This document shows, in pieces, positions 1-10,030 of a stretch of DNA of 64,000 bases. The DNA lies in the NCBI GenBank assembly GCA_030747695.1, contig JASLKG010000001.1, positions 59,361 through 123,360 on the forward strand, written 5' to 3'. The stretch comes from Candidatus Poseidoniaceae archaeon. Its GTDB lineage: Archaea > Thermoplasmatota > Poseidoniia > Poseidoniales > Poseidoniaceae. The notes beneath the pieces are model-generated. The model did not search any database, was not told where the DNA came from, and was given only the letters and a program-made list of their open reading frames with translations. Both the position numbers and the translations under genes were made by a program. Numbering within the stretch: position 1 is the stretch's first letter; each line of letters begins with the position of its first letter.

Positions 1-1
1 A

Positions 2-1516
2 TGGGTCTCCTTGCTGCCAATTCCAACATTCCCAGGAGGTAGGATTTTGATTTCAAGGATGGGAATGGCTGAAGCAAGATCAGGTTCTAGCCAAACAATG
101 TTGTTAATGGTAATTGCATTATTTGGTTTCCTCTTTGGTGCCTTTGACGGATTTACAATTTGGTTGCCAATTGTAATTATCTGTGTGGCAAATTTGCTAA
201 TGTATGGTTCAGATCCATCTCTGCCATTATTACTTGACGACAGCAAAGATTTGACCGAATCAGAACATCGAAAAATAAGCATAACACTTTTTTTAGCATT
301 CATGTTTGTACTTCCTGCTCAAATCCCATTTGATAATGTAGATAATTGGGATGATGATTTTAACTTTGAATTTTCAAATGAAGTAGTAGTAATGGAAGAC
401 TATTGGATAAACCAAACAATTAGTGTAAGCAACCCCTCACTAGTTGCACACAATTTCAATATAACATATATTGGCGACCACAATTCACATTCAGAAATAG
501 TCGACATAGATTGTCAAGATTATGTGGAAACTAGTAATAGTTGCCAAGGTTTAATTTTACCAAAAGAAGTATTGAAGTTCTCATACAATATAATGTGGAA
601 TATTAGTGAATATCCATCACACAGTTCTCAAATGTGGTTGATCAATGGCCAACCTCATATGACCCAAATAAAGCCAAATTTACCAATATATCCTATTGGA
701 GCTTGGCAGTTTAATGGAGATCTTTCAGATCCTTCATCATGTATAGAATTAGAGCATAACATACCAATTGAAAACATTTCACTCGGAGGTTTACCTCTGG
801 GTGCTATGTGGAAGTATTTAGATGAGGATAATGTTTGCATTGAAGCGCTTTCTGGAGATGACATGTCTTGGTTAAGTACAACCGCAATTGGATTTAATGG
901 GACCAATTTTTCTGTAGAATTAATGTTGCAAAATTTTATTGTAATTCCAGCAGATGGAATCTTGATAGATTCTAATCATTTACCGTTTCCTGAGTTGCAA
1001 ATCATAGCATTAAATCGAGAGGATAATTGTAGTGATGTCGGTGTCCCTTCCCCCCCTCTAAGGCAAGACGAAGGCGATTGGATATGGGATCTTTCTGTAA
1101 AGAGTACTGGCATGATGCCAACACTTGGAAATGAAACTTTATTGTTTAAAGCACCAAACCAATCAACAATTTCTCTTTGTATTAATCATTATAACCCCAT
1201 TGTCTACAATGTAATAGAAGGGCCATATATCTCATTATTTGAAAATGAAAACTATTCAAACACAAATTGGCTAGGGCATGTGAATTTCGATAAGGGATAT
1301 GTTGAGATAGAAAACCGAATGACTGAGAATATAACTCTAAGAATTGAATTTGGTGGAAATAGTGCAAATCAGTGGAATGTTTCAGGTAACCTAACCCTTG
1401 CAGCAGGATCAATAACAAGGATAGATGCAACGCCTCCTTCCACTGGGATTTCTAATTCATGGTTTGATCTTGATGATGATGAGATTGTATTGAATTTAGC
1501 AAATCATGAGGTTTAA
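2..1516 (+). CDS. 5'-truncated membrane protein, site-2 protease (M50)-like C-terminal TM region followed by a large acidic extracellular domain
   Basis: Frame is open from the window edge (WVSLLPIPTFPGGRIL), resembling the M50 NLLPxxPLDGG motif. Several hydrophobic helices follow, then an N/D/S-rich beta-type domain. HExxH is not visible because the N-terminus lies outside the window. Confidence 0.5.
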   Translation, partial: WVSLLPIPTFPGGRILISRMGMAEARSGSSQTMLLMVIALFGFLFGAFDGFTIWLPIVIICVANLLMYGSDPSLPLLLDDSKDLTESEHRKISITLFLAFMFVLPAQIPFDNVDNWDDDFNFEFSNEVVVMEDYWINQTISVSNPSLVAHNFNITYIGDHNSHSEIVDIDCQDYVETSNSCQGLILPKEVLKFSYNIMWNISEYPSHSSQMWLINGQPHMTQIKPNLPIYPIGAWQFNGDLSDPSSCIELEHNIPIENISLGGLPLGAMWKYLDEDNVCIEALSGDDMSWLSTTAIGFNGTNFSVELMLQNFIVIPADGILIDSNHLPFPELQIIALNREDNCSDVGVPSPPLRQDEGDWIWDLSVKSTGMMPTLGNETLLFKAPNQSTISLCINHYNPIVYNVIEGPYISLFENENYSNTNWLGHVNFDKGYVEIENRMTENITLRIEFGGNSANQWNVSGNLTLAAGSITRIDATPPSTGISNSWFDLDDDEIVLNLANHEV

Positions 1517-1518
1517 TT

Positions 1519-2412
1519 ATGCGCATAGGAGTTTTGGGCGCCGGTTCTATTGGAGGATTGATCGCTGCAAAATTGGTTCAGAAAGGGTACGAGGTACTCG
1601 TGCATTCAAGGGGCGAACATGGAGCGATGTTGGCTGCGAATGGAATGAAAATTAGGGGCCATTGGGAATATGAGATTAATCCTGATGATTGGATAGTAAG
1701 TTTGGAAGAAGTAGGACTAATTCCTGAGTTGAAAGGATGGTGTGATTTAGCAATAATCACCTGTAAATCTAAAGATACAAGAGAGATGTCGAAAGTTGCA
1801 TCATACGTATGCAATGGTCCTGTTCTCTCATTGCAAAACGGTCTTGGAAATATTGAGATTATAGAAGCCGAGGTGGGGCCTCATAAGGTGGCTGGAGGAA
1901 CTACTACTAATGCAGTATTCAAATCAAATACTGGTGAAATAACTTGGGCAGGGAATGGAGATTTGATTATAGGAGGTAGGTGTGGCAAACAATTCATTGA
2001 GATATTGGATAGTTTGAATGCAGAACACACAGAGGACCTGAATAAGGCTCTGTGGGAGAAGGTGTTACTGAATGTTGCAATTAATCCTCTAGCGGCAATA
2101 TGTGGAATAAATAATGGAGGACTTTTAGAAACAGAATTACTTAATCAAGCAGAATCTACAATGCTGGAAGCAGCAAATGTTGCTAGAATAGAAGGAGTTG
2201 ATCTACCTGATAATCAGATGCTTGTTGATAGATTACATTCAGTGATTCAGGCAACTGCAAGTAACCAGTGTTCAATGTTACAGGATATAAAATCAGGAAA
2301 AGAAACAGAAATTGAATTTTTATGTGGCGAAGTAGTGAAAAGAGGCGAAAAATATGGATTGCCAACTCCCCTAAATGCTATGCTACTTTCCCAAATAAAT
2401 GCACTTAGATAA
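1519..2412 (+). CDS. panE: 2-dehydropantoate 2-reductase (ketopantoate reductase)
   Basis: GAGSIG Rossmann motif, LQNGLG, WEKxxxNxxINPL, SMLQDxxxGKETEIE. Confidence 0.93.
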   Translation: MRIGVLGAGSIGGLIAAKLVQKGYEVLVHSRGEHGAMLAANGMKIRGHWEYEINPDDWIVSLEEVGLIPELKGWCDLAIITCKSKDTREMSKVASYVCNGPVLSLQNGLGNIEIIEAEVGPHKVAGGTTTNAVFKSNTGEITWAGNGDLIIGGRCGKQFIEILDSLNAEHTEDLNKALWEKVLLNVAINPLAAICGINNGGLLETELLNQAESTMLEAANVARIEGVDLPDNQMLVDRLHSVIQATASNQCSMLQDIKSGKETEIEFLCGEVVKRGEKYGLPTPLNAMLLSQINALR

Positions 2413-3985
2413 TGTCCTTATTGTAGTGTAGCCCTCGGTTTTCGGTTCTAGCTAAAGCATCATCAGTGATTAACGAGGCTATTAGAACTAGATTACGTAA
2501 TTCTACTAAATCACGCGTAGGTATGCTTTTTCTCCAAATTAATTCTACTTCATTTGAAAGAAGTAAAAGCATCCTCTTAGCACGATTCAATCTGTCAAAA
2601 CTACGTACAATCCCTACGTCATCAGTCATTGTTTTCTTCAATGTTTCTAAATCACGGACTAGAGGTGAATGTTCTTCCAAGATAGCCATTCCATCGGCTC
2701 TCCATTCGGGAATTATTGAATCGATAAGATTTGGATTTTCAACGAAATGCTTTGCCGCCCTATCAGCAAAAACAACAGCCTCAAGTAAACTGTTTGATGC
2801 AAGTCTGTTTGCACCGTGCATTCCAGTACAAGCAACTTCACCAATTGCATATAATCCAGGCATTGGTTTGTTTCCTGATGTTATTACTCTTCCAAACAAA
2901 TCTACCTCCAAACCCCCAACAGTGTAATGGGCTGCTGGTGCTACAGGGAGCGGGTCTTTGCCTAGAGAAAGATTATGCCTGTTTAACCTCTTTTCAATAG
3001 TTGGAAATTCATTATGTAATTTTGTTGAATCTAAATGATCAGTAACTAACCATACTTGGTTAGATCCATTTATTTTCATTGTTTGATCACAAGCGCGAGC
3101 AACAATATCCCTTGTTGCTAAACTACCATCGGGCGAATATTCATGGGTAAAAGAAAAGAACTCAGGCTCTTGGTCAGACGTTCTATATTTTTTTAGACCC
3201 TTGTCATCTAACAAGACTCCACCTTCTCCTCGTAAAGCCTCGGTAATCAAAAATGGGCGATCATCTGGAACCATTAGTGCTGTCGGATGAAATTGAATGA
3301 ATGCCATATCTTTGACATTGGCTCCTGCTCGATATGCCATCGCCATACCATCCCCACTTGCAACACTTGGGTTGGTCGTTTTTTCCCATAATTGGCCACA
3401 ACCACCTGTTGCAATAAGTACAGCATCAGCCGGAATTGCTTCCATTATTGAATCTGCTAGATCTAAGCACCAAATCCCCTTAATGCCTTCTTTAGGGTCT
3501 CCATGTACTGTTTGAATCAAATCTACTCCTAGAGTATTAGGTCGCATTGTTATGTTGTTATGATTGTTAACCGCCTCCGAAAGAGCCCTCTCAATCTCCT
3601 TTCCAGTGGCATCTTTAGCATGTAATATACGCCTTGCTGAATGCCCCCCTTCTTTTGCCAGATGAAAGTCATCCTCATTTTTTTCAAATTCAACGCCTCG
3701 TGAAAGTAAGTCTCTTATCCGGTCGCCAGCTTCTTCAACAACTATACGAACAACATTTTCATTGCATAAACCATCTCCACTTGAAATGGTATCTGAAATA
3801 TGCAAATCCATCCCTTTTCCATCAGTTTTGTCGAGTATTCCAGCAATTCCTCCTTGTGCCCAATTTGTGGAAGAATCAGTTGGACGTTGCTTTGTTACTA
3901 TTGTAACTTGATGCCCGCCATCGGCTATTTTTAGAGCAGCAAAAAGGCCAGCAATACCGCTTCCAACAATTACAACTTCAGGCAT
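2405..3985 (-). CDS. nadB: L-aspartate oxidase
   Basis: GSGIAGL FAD motif, STNWAQGGIA, EGGHSARRILH, FIQFHPT, LITEALRGEGG, GMHGANRLASNSLLE, ENRGLHY. Confidence 0.95.
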   Translation of the reverse strand: MPEVVIVGSGIAGLFAALKIADGGHQVTIVTKQRPTDSSTNWAQGGIAGILDKTDGKGMDLHISDTISSGDGLCNENVVRIVVEEAGDRIRDLLSRGVEFEKNEDDFHLAKEGGHSARRILHAKDATGKEIERALSEAVNNHNNITMRPNTLGVDLIQTVHGDPKEGIKGIWCLDLADSIMEAIPADAVLIATGGCGQLWEKTTNPSVASGDGMAMAYRAGANVKDMAFIQFHPTALMVPDDRPFLITEALRGEGGVLLDDKGLKKYRTSDQEPEFFSFTHEYSPDGSLATRDIVARACDQTMKINGSNQVWLVTDHLDSTKLHNEFPTIEKRLNRHNLSLGKDPLPVAPAAHYTVGGLEVDLFGRVITSGNKPMPGLYAIGEVACTGMHGANRLASNSLLEAVVFADRAAKHFVENPNLIDSIIPEWRADGMAILEEHSPLVRDLETLKKTMTDDVGIVRSFDRLNRAKRMLLLLSNEVELIWRKSIPTRDLVELRNLVLIASLITDDALARTENRGLHYNKDII

Positions 3986-4077
3986 CCCTAACGGTTTCTC
4001 GTGTAAGCACTATGATTCAAACATGCCCCCTATTTTGTTCCGACACTTACAAGGGGTTGGCTCAACCAAGGAGGTTT

Positions 4078-4860
4078 ATGGGCTTAAGGCGCAAGGTTGC
4101 AACCCTCATTGGAATGGCAATGATTGCAGTCACAATAGCTAATGTCGAATTTGGTGCTTTGATGGCTTTGGAACCGCCTCAAAAAATAATAATCACCAAA
4201 TTGGCAGACCCAGGTTGTAATTTAGAAGAAATACAATCAGATTTGGATTCAGGAATTTCATCTGATTGCGTTAGTCCACTTGGGACTTGGGAAGGCCCCG
4301 ATTTACTCTTTGTTGGTGAGGGGATCTTCATTCTGTTTGCAACAAAGCTAAGATGGCCTAGACGAGGAAAATGGGCAAAACGTGTTAGAAGAGGTGCTAT
4401 GGTTACTGGAATCTTATTGTGTGCAATTGCTGTTGCAGATAGGTACGAAAGTATGCCAGGTCCTACCAGTTCAGATATAGCTGAATTGTTACCCTTCCCA
4501 GCTCCAACAATCGCTGTGCAGATTGGGCTTTTCGCTGTGGGAGTCTTCTTGATTCGTGGACCAAAGTATATCTATGATGCATTTGAAGAAACTCCAGAGA
4601 AAGTAAGGGATAGAAATTATGTCCAAATGGATCAAGTATATTCCCAAGGAGGTAATTTAGGCCACCTTCAGAGGGATCGAAAAGTAAAATCACGTTATAC
4701 CACGATTGGAGATTTATGGAAAGGTCAAGGTTTGATGCAACACGAGGATTTATTTGAATCAGGACTTCGAGAGGAAGGGGGCATGAGAATTGCCCGCATG
4801 TGTCACCTTTGCAATGGCGCCGGATGCAATGCTTGTGGCAACACAGGCTCATTGGGATGA
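4078..4860 (+). CDS. hypothetical multi-pass membrane protein with C-terminal CxxCxGxGCxxCxxxG zinc-finger-like motif
   Basis: ATG 4078 follows AAGGAGG. About 4 hydrophobic segments; ends in CHLCNGAGCNACGNTG. Confidence 0.7.
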   Translation: MGLRRKVATLIGMAMIAVTIANVEFGALMALEPPQKIIITKLADPGCNLEEIQSDLDSGISSDCVSPLGTWEGPDLLFVGEGIFILFATKLRWPRRGKWAKRVRRGAMVTGILLCAIAVADRYESMPGPTSSDIAELLPFPAPTIAVQIGLFAVGVFLIRGPKYIYDAFEETPEKVRDRNYVQMDQVYSQGGNLGHLQRDRKVKSRYTTIGDLWKGQGLMQHEDLFESGLREEGGMRIARMCHLCNGAGCNACGNTGSLG

Positions 4861-4994
4861 AGTAATTTCGGAAATAATGCAAGTGTTCTGAAAACGCACT
4901 CTCGCGAGCGCGAGTAAAGGAACCTTCAAAACCCCCCGAGGTACGCTCCCACTTTAGGTTGGAGTCACAGTACTTCGATTGTGAGGGGAAAGGG

Positions 4995-7900
4995 ATGTAT
5001 CTAAAAGCATTGGAAGTTGAAAACTTCAAATCATTCAAGGGAGAAGCAGTAATTCCATTTGATAGGGGATTTACTGCAATCACAGGGCCAAACGGATCCG
5101 GCAAATCCAATTGTGGAGATGCAGTTCAGTTTGTATTAGGTGCAAGGTCTGCGAAGGTACTACGTGCTCAAAACTCTAAGGATTTAATCTTCAATGGAGG
5201 TAAATCAAACCGTCCAGCTAGGAATGCAAAAGTTACCCTTGTTTTTGCTAACCCTCAACTCAAAAACGGTAGAAGGAGATTACCAGTAGACACAGACGAA
5301 GTCAGAATGACTAGGGAAGTACGTTTAACGAAAGGAGGAAACATCGTTTCTTCATACCACCTCAACGGAGAAGAGAGTGGCCAGAAAGCATTCCATCGAA
5401 TATTAGGTAAGGCTAACGCAAGACCAGATGGCTACAATATTGTTCTACAAGGAGATGTAACTAGACTTTCTCAAATGACGGCAATGGAACGCCGTAGAGT
5501 TTTAGATTCTGTAGCAGGAGTTACTTCGTACGATGAGGAAATACGTAAAGCCGATCGACAGAGAAACCAAGTTGAAGAATACATTGATAGAATTTCATTG
5601 GTAGAAGATGAACAAAAGGCTCGTCTTAAAACATTAGAAAAAGAGAAGGCAGCAGCTGAGAGGGCAAAGGACGCAAAAGAAGAATTCGATAATGCGAATA
5701 TAATACTCCATCAAGCAAAGCATCAAAGCGCAAAGGCAGAATTGAAACATCATGCTGATGAAAGAACAAGATACCTTTCTGAAGCTGCTGAACTGGAAGC
5801 CTCAGTCAAAGAATCAGAAAAAGTACTTCTTGCACTTGATGACAAAGTTGGTGAGTTAGAAACTAGGATTGCTGAGGCTATGGGTGGAGATTCCGGTGGC
5901 TTGCTTGAACAAATTAGAGAACTACAAGTTTCAATAGCAGTAAATGGTGACAAGATAGAAGAGGCAAAGGATCTTCAAAATGATGATCAATTACTTTTGG
6001 ATGAACTGGAGCAAGAGATTACAAAAGCCAAAGAGGATTTACAGGAGCATGAAATCTCTCTTGTAGATGCGAAAAAAGCCCTTGAAGAATCGAAAGAAGC
6101 ATTGAAACAATGCGAAGCAGTGGAAAAAGAGATTCAAGATTCCTTGGAGAATTCTGGTGCTGCAAATGCTGCACTTTCGCGAGCCGCTTCAAAGGCAAAT
6201 GAAAAATTAGAACAATGCAGAGAAGCGGTTAATACTGCTAAGGTGGAAGCAGAAAAAATTGCAAATCAAGCAGAAATGATCGCTGAACAATTGTCAGCCG
6301 CCGAAGAAGAAGTAGACGATGCTCAACTTTCATATGATGATCTTGAATTACAAGGCGAAGAGTTAGGCAATATCAATCCAGATAGTGATCGTACAGCACT
6401 TGCAAATGAATTGAGGGCGGCCCAGAAAGCAGAGGAGAAACTGATAGATGAATCTGCAATAGTCCAAAAGCGCCTTCAAGAAGCAGAAAGATCACTTGTA
6501 AGTTCGAGAATGGAAATGGAAAAACGTTCTGGCAACAATGGCATGGCACCTGGTGCTGCTGCTGTAATGGCTGCAAGAGACCGTGGCGAGTTAAGTGGGA
6601 TCATTGGAACAATTAGTGAATTATGTGCTCCAATTGACCAATCACATGGCGATGCACTTGCAACTGCTGTGGGTGGGGCAATGAGTTCTATCGTTGTGGA
6701 AACCGATCAAGTTGCTGCAGAAGCTATGGCATTATTAAAATCCAAAAATGCAGGAAGGGCAACTTTCCTTCCTTTGAACAAGATGCAAACAAACCGTTCA
6801 AGCGGCAAAGCTGCAATGGTTGCAAGAAAACCAGGGGTTATCGGCTTTGCACATGAATTGTTGAACTACGATCCAAGAATAGAAGTTGCAGTAGCATATG
6901 CTTTGAGAAATACACTTGTTGTTGACAATCTCTCAACAGCACGTCGCTTGATGGGAGGTGTTAGACTTGTCACACTTGGAGGGGAAATCACTGAACCAGG
7001 AGGTGCAATGGTTGGTGGAAGTAAAGCGAGAATGAAGGTTGGCTTTGGCGGCAAAATCCAAGGTGCTAGTGCAGTTGAGAAACTTGTTGCTGAAGTAGAC
7101 AGATTGTCATTGATGGCAGAAACGGTTTCAGCAGCATTGCAAGAGGCTAGAACTAAGCAAAATGAGATCAGAGGTAAGATTAACTCCATAGCAGAAGATG
7201 ATAATTCTGTCAAATCAATGCAATGGAAGGCGGAATTAGAAGTCGCCTCTAAAACTCTTACCAAGGCAAAAGGTTCTACTGCTCAATTTGAAAAACGCCT
7301 TTCAGATCTTGAATCAGAACATAAAGGCAAAGTTGTTTTGTTAGAGGATGCAAAAAAGGAGTTAGTAGAAGCAGAATCACTCAGAGATAATGCCATATTA
7401 GAATTACAAGAAGCAAGCCCAGAGGGAATAAGAACACGCTTACTGGAAGCACAAACACTTCGTTTAAACGCAGAATCAGAATCTACTAGGTCACAGTTAG
7501 TAATCAACAGTGGAGCAGATAAGACTGGCTTGCTATCTGAAAGACTCGAATCACAAACAACTAGGGCCGATAACATCCAAGCTACAATGGCTGGCAGAGA
7601 GAAATCAGTCAAAGAGTGGAAAGAATCTATCGGCAATGAATCAATTGAATTAAAGATAAAGGAAGATGAAAGAGCTGTTTTACTAGATGCACATCAGGAT
7701 TTAGAAAATGAGAGAACCGAATTGGTTGATGAAAGAGCAGAATTGAGGGCAGCAGCCGCACAAAGAGCAACTTCAGCAATCAACTCAAGATCAATGGCTG
7801 AGGAAATCACCCGTTCACTTGCGATAAAGGAACAAGCACTTGCTGATTTATTAGTTGAAATGGCTGAGGCAGAAATTCCTGTTGCAGATGATTTGATAGA

Positions 7901-8879
7901 ATTGCCAACTGTTGGTGATGCAGAACGTAAAACTAGGGATTTGCAGAGGAAATTAGACAAGTTCGGTCCAGTAAATATGCTCGCAATTGAGCAATATGCT
8001 GCATGTAAAGAGAGATTAGATGAAATGAAATCAGATTTCAAGATATTACAACAACGTCGTAAGAAACTAGTAGATATTACAGACAAACTTGAGGGTCAAA
8101 GAAAATCGAGATTGGTAGCAACTCTAAAAGATGTCAATGCGAATTTCGAAATAGTGTATAAACGCCTTTCAGGTGGAGGAAGAGGTGAATTATTCCTTGA
8201 GAATCCAGATGAACCATTCAAAGGAGGGCTTGATATGTGGGCGCAACCTTATGGCAAGTCGAATAAATCAAGATTACAAGGATTATCTGGTGGGGAGAAA
8301 TCTATGGCATCACTTGCCTTGATCTTCGCAATACAAGATTATGATCCTAGTCCATTCTACTACTTTGATGAAGTCGATCAAAATCTAGATGTATCAAATT
8401 CAAAACTGATTGCGAATGAATGTAGGAATCGCAGCCAAGCGGCACAATTCATTATGGTTACACTACGCAAAGTTTCACTTGAACTAGCCGATCATCACAT
8501 AGGCATTACACATGGAGGAGATGGGTGCTCTCGTAGAATTGTTGATTTCGATAGAGAAAGAGCTATTGCACTTGGAGAAAAGGCAGAAAAGCAAGCAAGG
8601 AAAGCGCAAGAAAAGGTATCTTCAAGAATCGAAGAAGCAAGAATAAGCGATGAAAATATGCCTGAAGTCCCAGAACCCCTTGAAGCTCCAAAGAGCCTCG
8701 GAGGTTTGCTGCAGCACTTAGATGAAGAACACGAAGAATCTAGTGATGAAAGTAGTTTCTCGGCAATTGCAGATAGGGCAGAAGATTTGTCCGAAGAAAT
8801 AGCAGAACGTCAAGCCATAGTTAGTGAGTTACTAGAAGAGAGCGAACAGGTGGATGTAGAGGCTGAAAAGGAGGCTTGA
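4995..8879 (+). CDS. smc: chromosome segregation protein SMC
   Basis: MYLKALEVENFKSF start, Walker A GPNGSGKSN, Q-loop VLQGDV, hinge GRATFLPL and GGAMVGG, signature LSGGEKS, Walker B YYFDEVD, long coiled coils. Confidence 0.97.
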   Translation: MYLKALEVENFKSFKGEAVIPFDRGFTAITGPNGSGKSNCGDAVQFVLGARSAKVLRAQNSKDLIFNGGKSNRPARNAKVTLVFANPQLKNGRRRLPVDTDEVRMTREVRLTKGGNIVSSYHLNGEESGQKAFHRILGKANARPDGYNIVLQGDVTRLSQMTAMERRRVLDSVAGVTSYDEEIRKADRQRNQVEEYIDRISLVEDEQKARLKTLEKEKAAAERAKDAKEEFDNANIILHQAKHQSAKAELKHHADERTRYLSEAAELEASVKESEKVLLALDDKVGELETRIAEAMGGDSGGLLEQIRELQVSIAVNGDKIEEAKDLQNDDQLLLDELEQEITKAKEDLQEHEISLVDAKKALEESKEALKQCEAVEKEIQDSLENSGAANAALSRAASKANEKLEQCREAVNTAKVEAEKIANQAEMIAEQLSAAEEEVDDAQLSYDDLELQGEELGNINPDSDRTALANELRAAQKAEEKLIDESAIVQKRLQEAERSLVSSRMEMEKRSGNNGMAPGAAAVMAARDRGELSGIIGTISELCAPIDQSHGDALATAVGGAMSSIVVETDQVAAEAMALLKSKNAGRATFLPLNKMQTNRSSGKAAMVARKPGVIGFAHELLNYDPRIEVAVAYALRNTLVVDNLSTARRLMGGVRLVTLGGEITEPGGAMVGGSKARMKVGFGGKIQGASAVEKLVAEVDRLSLMAETVSAALQEARTKQNEIRGKINSIAEDDNSVKSMQWKAELEVASKTLTKAKGSTAQFEKRLSDLESEHKGKVVLLEDAKKELVEAESLRDNAILELQEASPEGIRTRLLEAQTLRLNAESESTRSQLVINSGADKTGLLSERLESQTTRADNIQATMAGREKSVKEWKESIGNESIELKIKEDERAVLLDAHQDLENERTELVDERAELRAAAAQRATSAINSRSMAEEITRSLAIKEQALADLLVEMAEAEIPVADDLIELPTVGDAERKTRDLQRKLDKFGPVNMLAIEQYAACKERLDEMKSDFKILQQRRKKLVDITDKLEGQRKSRLVATLKDVNANFEIVYKRLSGGGRGELFLENPDEPFKGGLDMWAQPYGKSNKSRLQGLSGGEKSMASLALIFAIQDYDPSPFYYFDEVDQNLDVSNSKLIANECRNRSQAAQFIMVTLRKVSLELADHHIGITHGGDGCSRRIVDFDRERAIALGEKAEKQARKAQEKVSSRIEEARISDENMPEVPEPLEAPKSLGGLLQHLDEEHEESSDESSFSAIADRAEDLSEEIAERQAIVSELLEESEQVDVEAEKEA

Positions 8880-10018
8880 ATATGCAGCAGGCCGTATTGG
8901 ATAATTGGTTTCTACGCCAGGACATCATGGACCAATTGATGGGACGAGATGAGGATGTTATGGAGGCTGAGCGTTATGCGAATAGAATTATCTCAATTGC
9001 ACAAGAAGATAGTGCTGAACACCAAGTATTAACTGATCCATTTGACCGTTCAGTTGCCTTGGTCCTTTCTTTGGTAAGGGAAGAAGGAATGGATCCGTGG
9101 AACATTGATCTTTCTGCTTTCCTCAAAATTTTTACCCAACGTGTACGTAAAGAATCAGATAAACTAGATTTACCTGCATGTGGTAGATTGATAAGAATGT
9201 CTTGGGAGGTACTGAATTCCCAAGCAGAGAACTTGTTTGATAGAGTTACTGCTATAGATTTTGATGATGAAATGGATTTCATGGATTTTGGTTGGGAGTC
9301 TGAATATGATGACGATGAATTCGTATTTACTACTACAGTCTTAGAAGGATCAGCAGATTCCGTATTACCTTCTTTGTTCGGAGAGAGATTACGTAGAGAT
9401 GAAGGCCGTCCTTCAACATTAGGAGAATTGTTGTCAGCACTGAAGGATGCTTGTGATGAAGCAGAAGTGTTGAAGGCAAAAGAAGAGAATCGTAAGTTAC
9501 ATGCTGAAGAATTAAAGAATATGCTAGCAAATGTTGGTTCGAGAATGCATAATGAGGATTTAGAAGCCGACATCGAACGCTGTTGGAATGCGATGCGTTC
9601 AGTCACTGAACTGAAAGGCGAGTCAAAGGTTCCTGTATCAGATGTAACTGAAGCATTGAATAAGAAATTAATCGAAATTTACGGAGAAGTACCAGAAGGA
9701 TATGTCCTAGAATCAAAAATAACATCTTTCGTCGCAGGATTATTCCTCACTCACAGAGGTTATGCTTCCGTAACACAAGATGGGCCCGAAGATCCAATAA
9801 TGCTAGAAGATAAATGGCCAAATACAGCGACATTTGGAGAAGTAAAGACTCTTGCAAAAGCTTTGATGGATGAAGATTCGAATGCTATTAAGGATGATGA
9901 AACAGAATCAATGAGGCATGCTGCCAGATTAGCAGAACGTGCTAGGTTGGCAGCGGAAGAAGAAGAATTGAATAGGCTTGCACAATCTGAGGATCCTGAG
10001 GATTGGTTAGTGGAGTAA
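8876..10018 (+). CDS. scpA: segregation and condensation protein A (kleisin)
   Basis: Overlaps the smc stop. Has the ScpA N-terminal motif MDPWNIDL and TLGELLSALK, and lies between smc and scpB. Start codon uncertain (TTG 8876 or ATG 8882). Confidence 0.85.
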   Translation: MNMQQAVLDNWFLRQDIMDQLMGRDEDVMEAERYANRIISIAQEDSAEHQVLTDPFDRSVALVLSLVREEGMDPWNIDLSAFLKIFTQRVRKESDKLDLPACGRLIRMSWEVLNSQAENLFDRVTAIDFDDEMDFMDFGWESEYDDDEFVFTTTVLEGSADSVLPSLFGERLRRDEGRPSTLGELLSALKDACDEAEVLKAKEENRKLHAEELKNMLANVGSRMHNEDLEADIERCWNAMRSVTELKGESKVPVSDVTEALNKKLIEIYGEVPEGYVLESKITSFVAGLFLTHRGYASVTQDGPEDPIMLEDKWPNTATFGEVKTLAKALMDEDSNAIKDDETESMRHAARLAERARLAAEEEELNRLAQSEDPEDWLVE

Positions 10019-10030
10019 GGAGTTGGTTAC

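Noticed and set aside
4463-5110. 215-aa antisense ORF and other shadow ORFs (e.g. 8974-9606, 33843-34412, 2466-2927)
   Set aside because: They overlap well-supported genes on the opposite strand and have Ser/Phe-rich antisense composition with no motifs.
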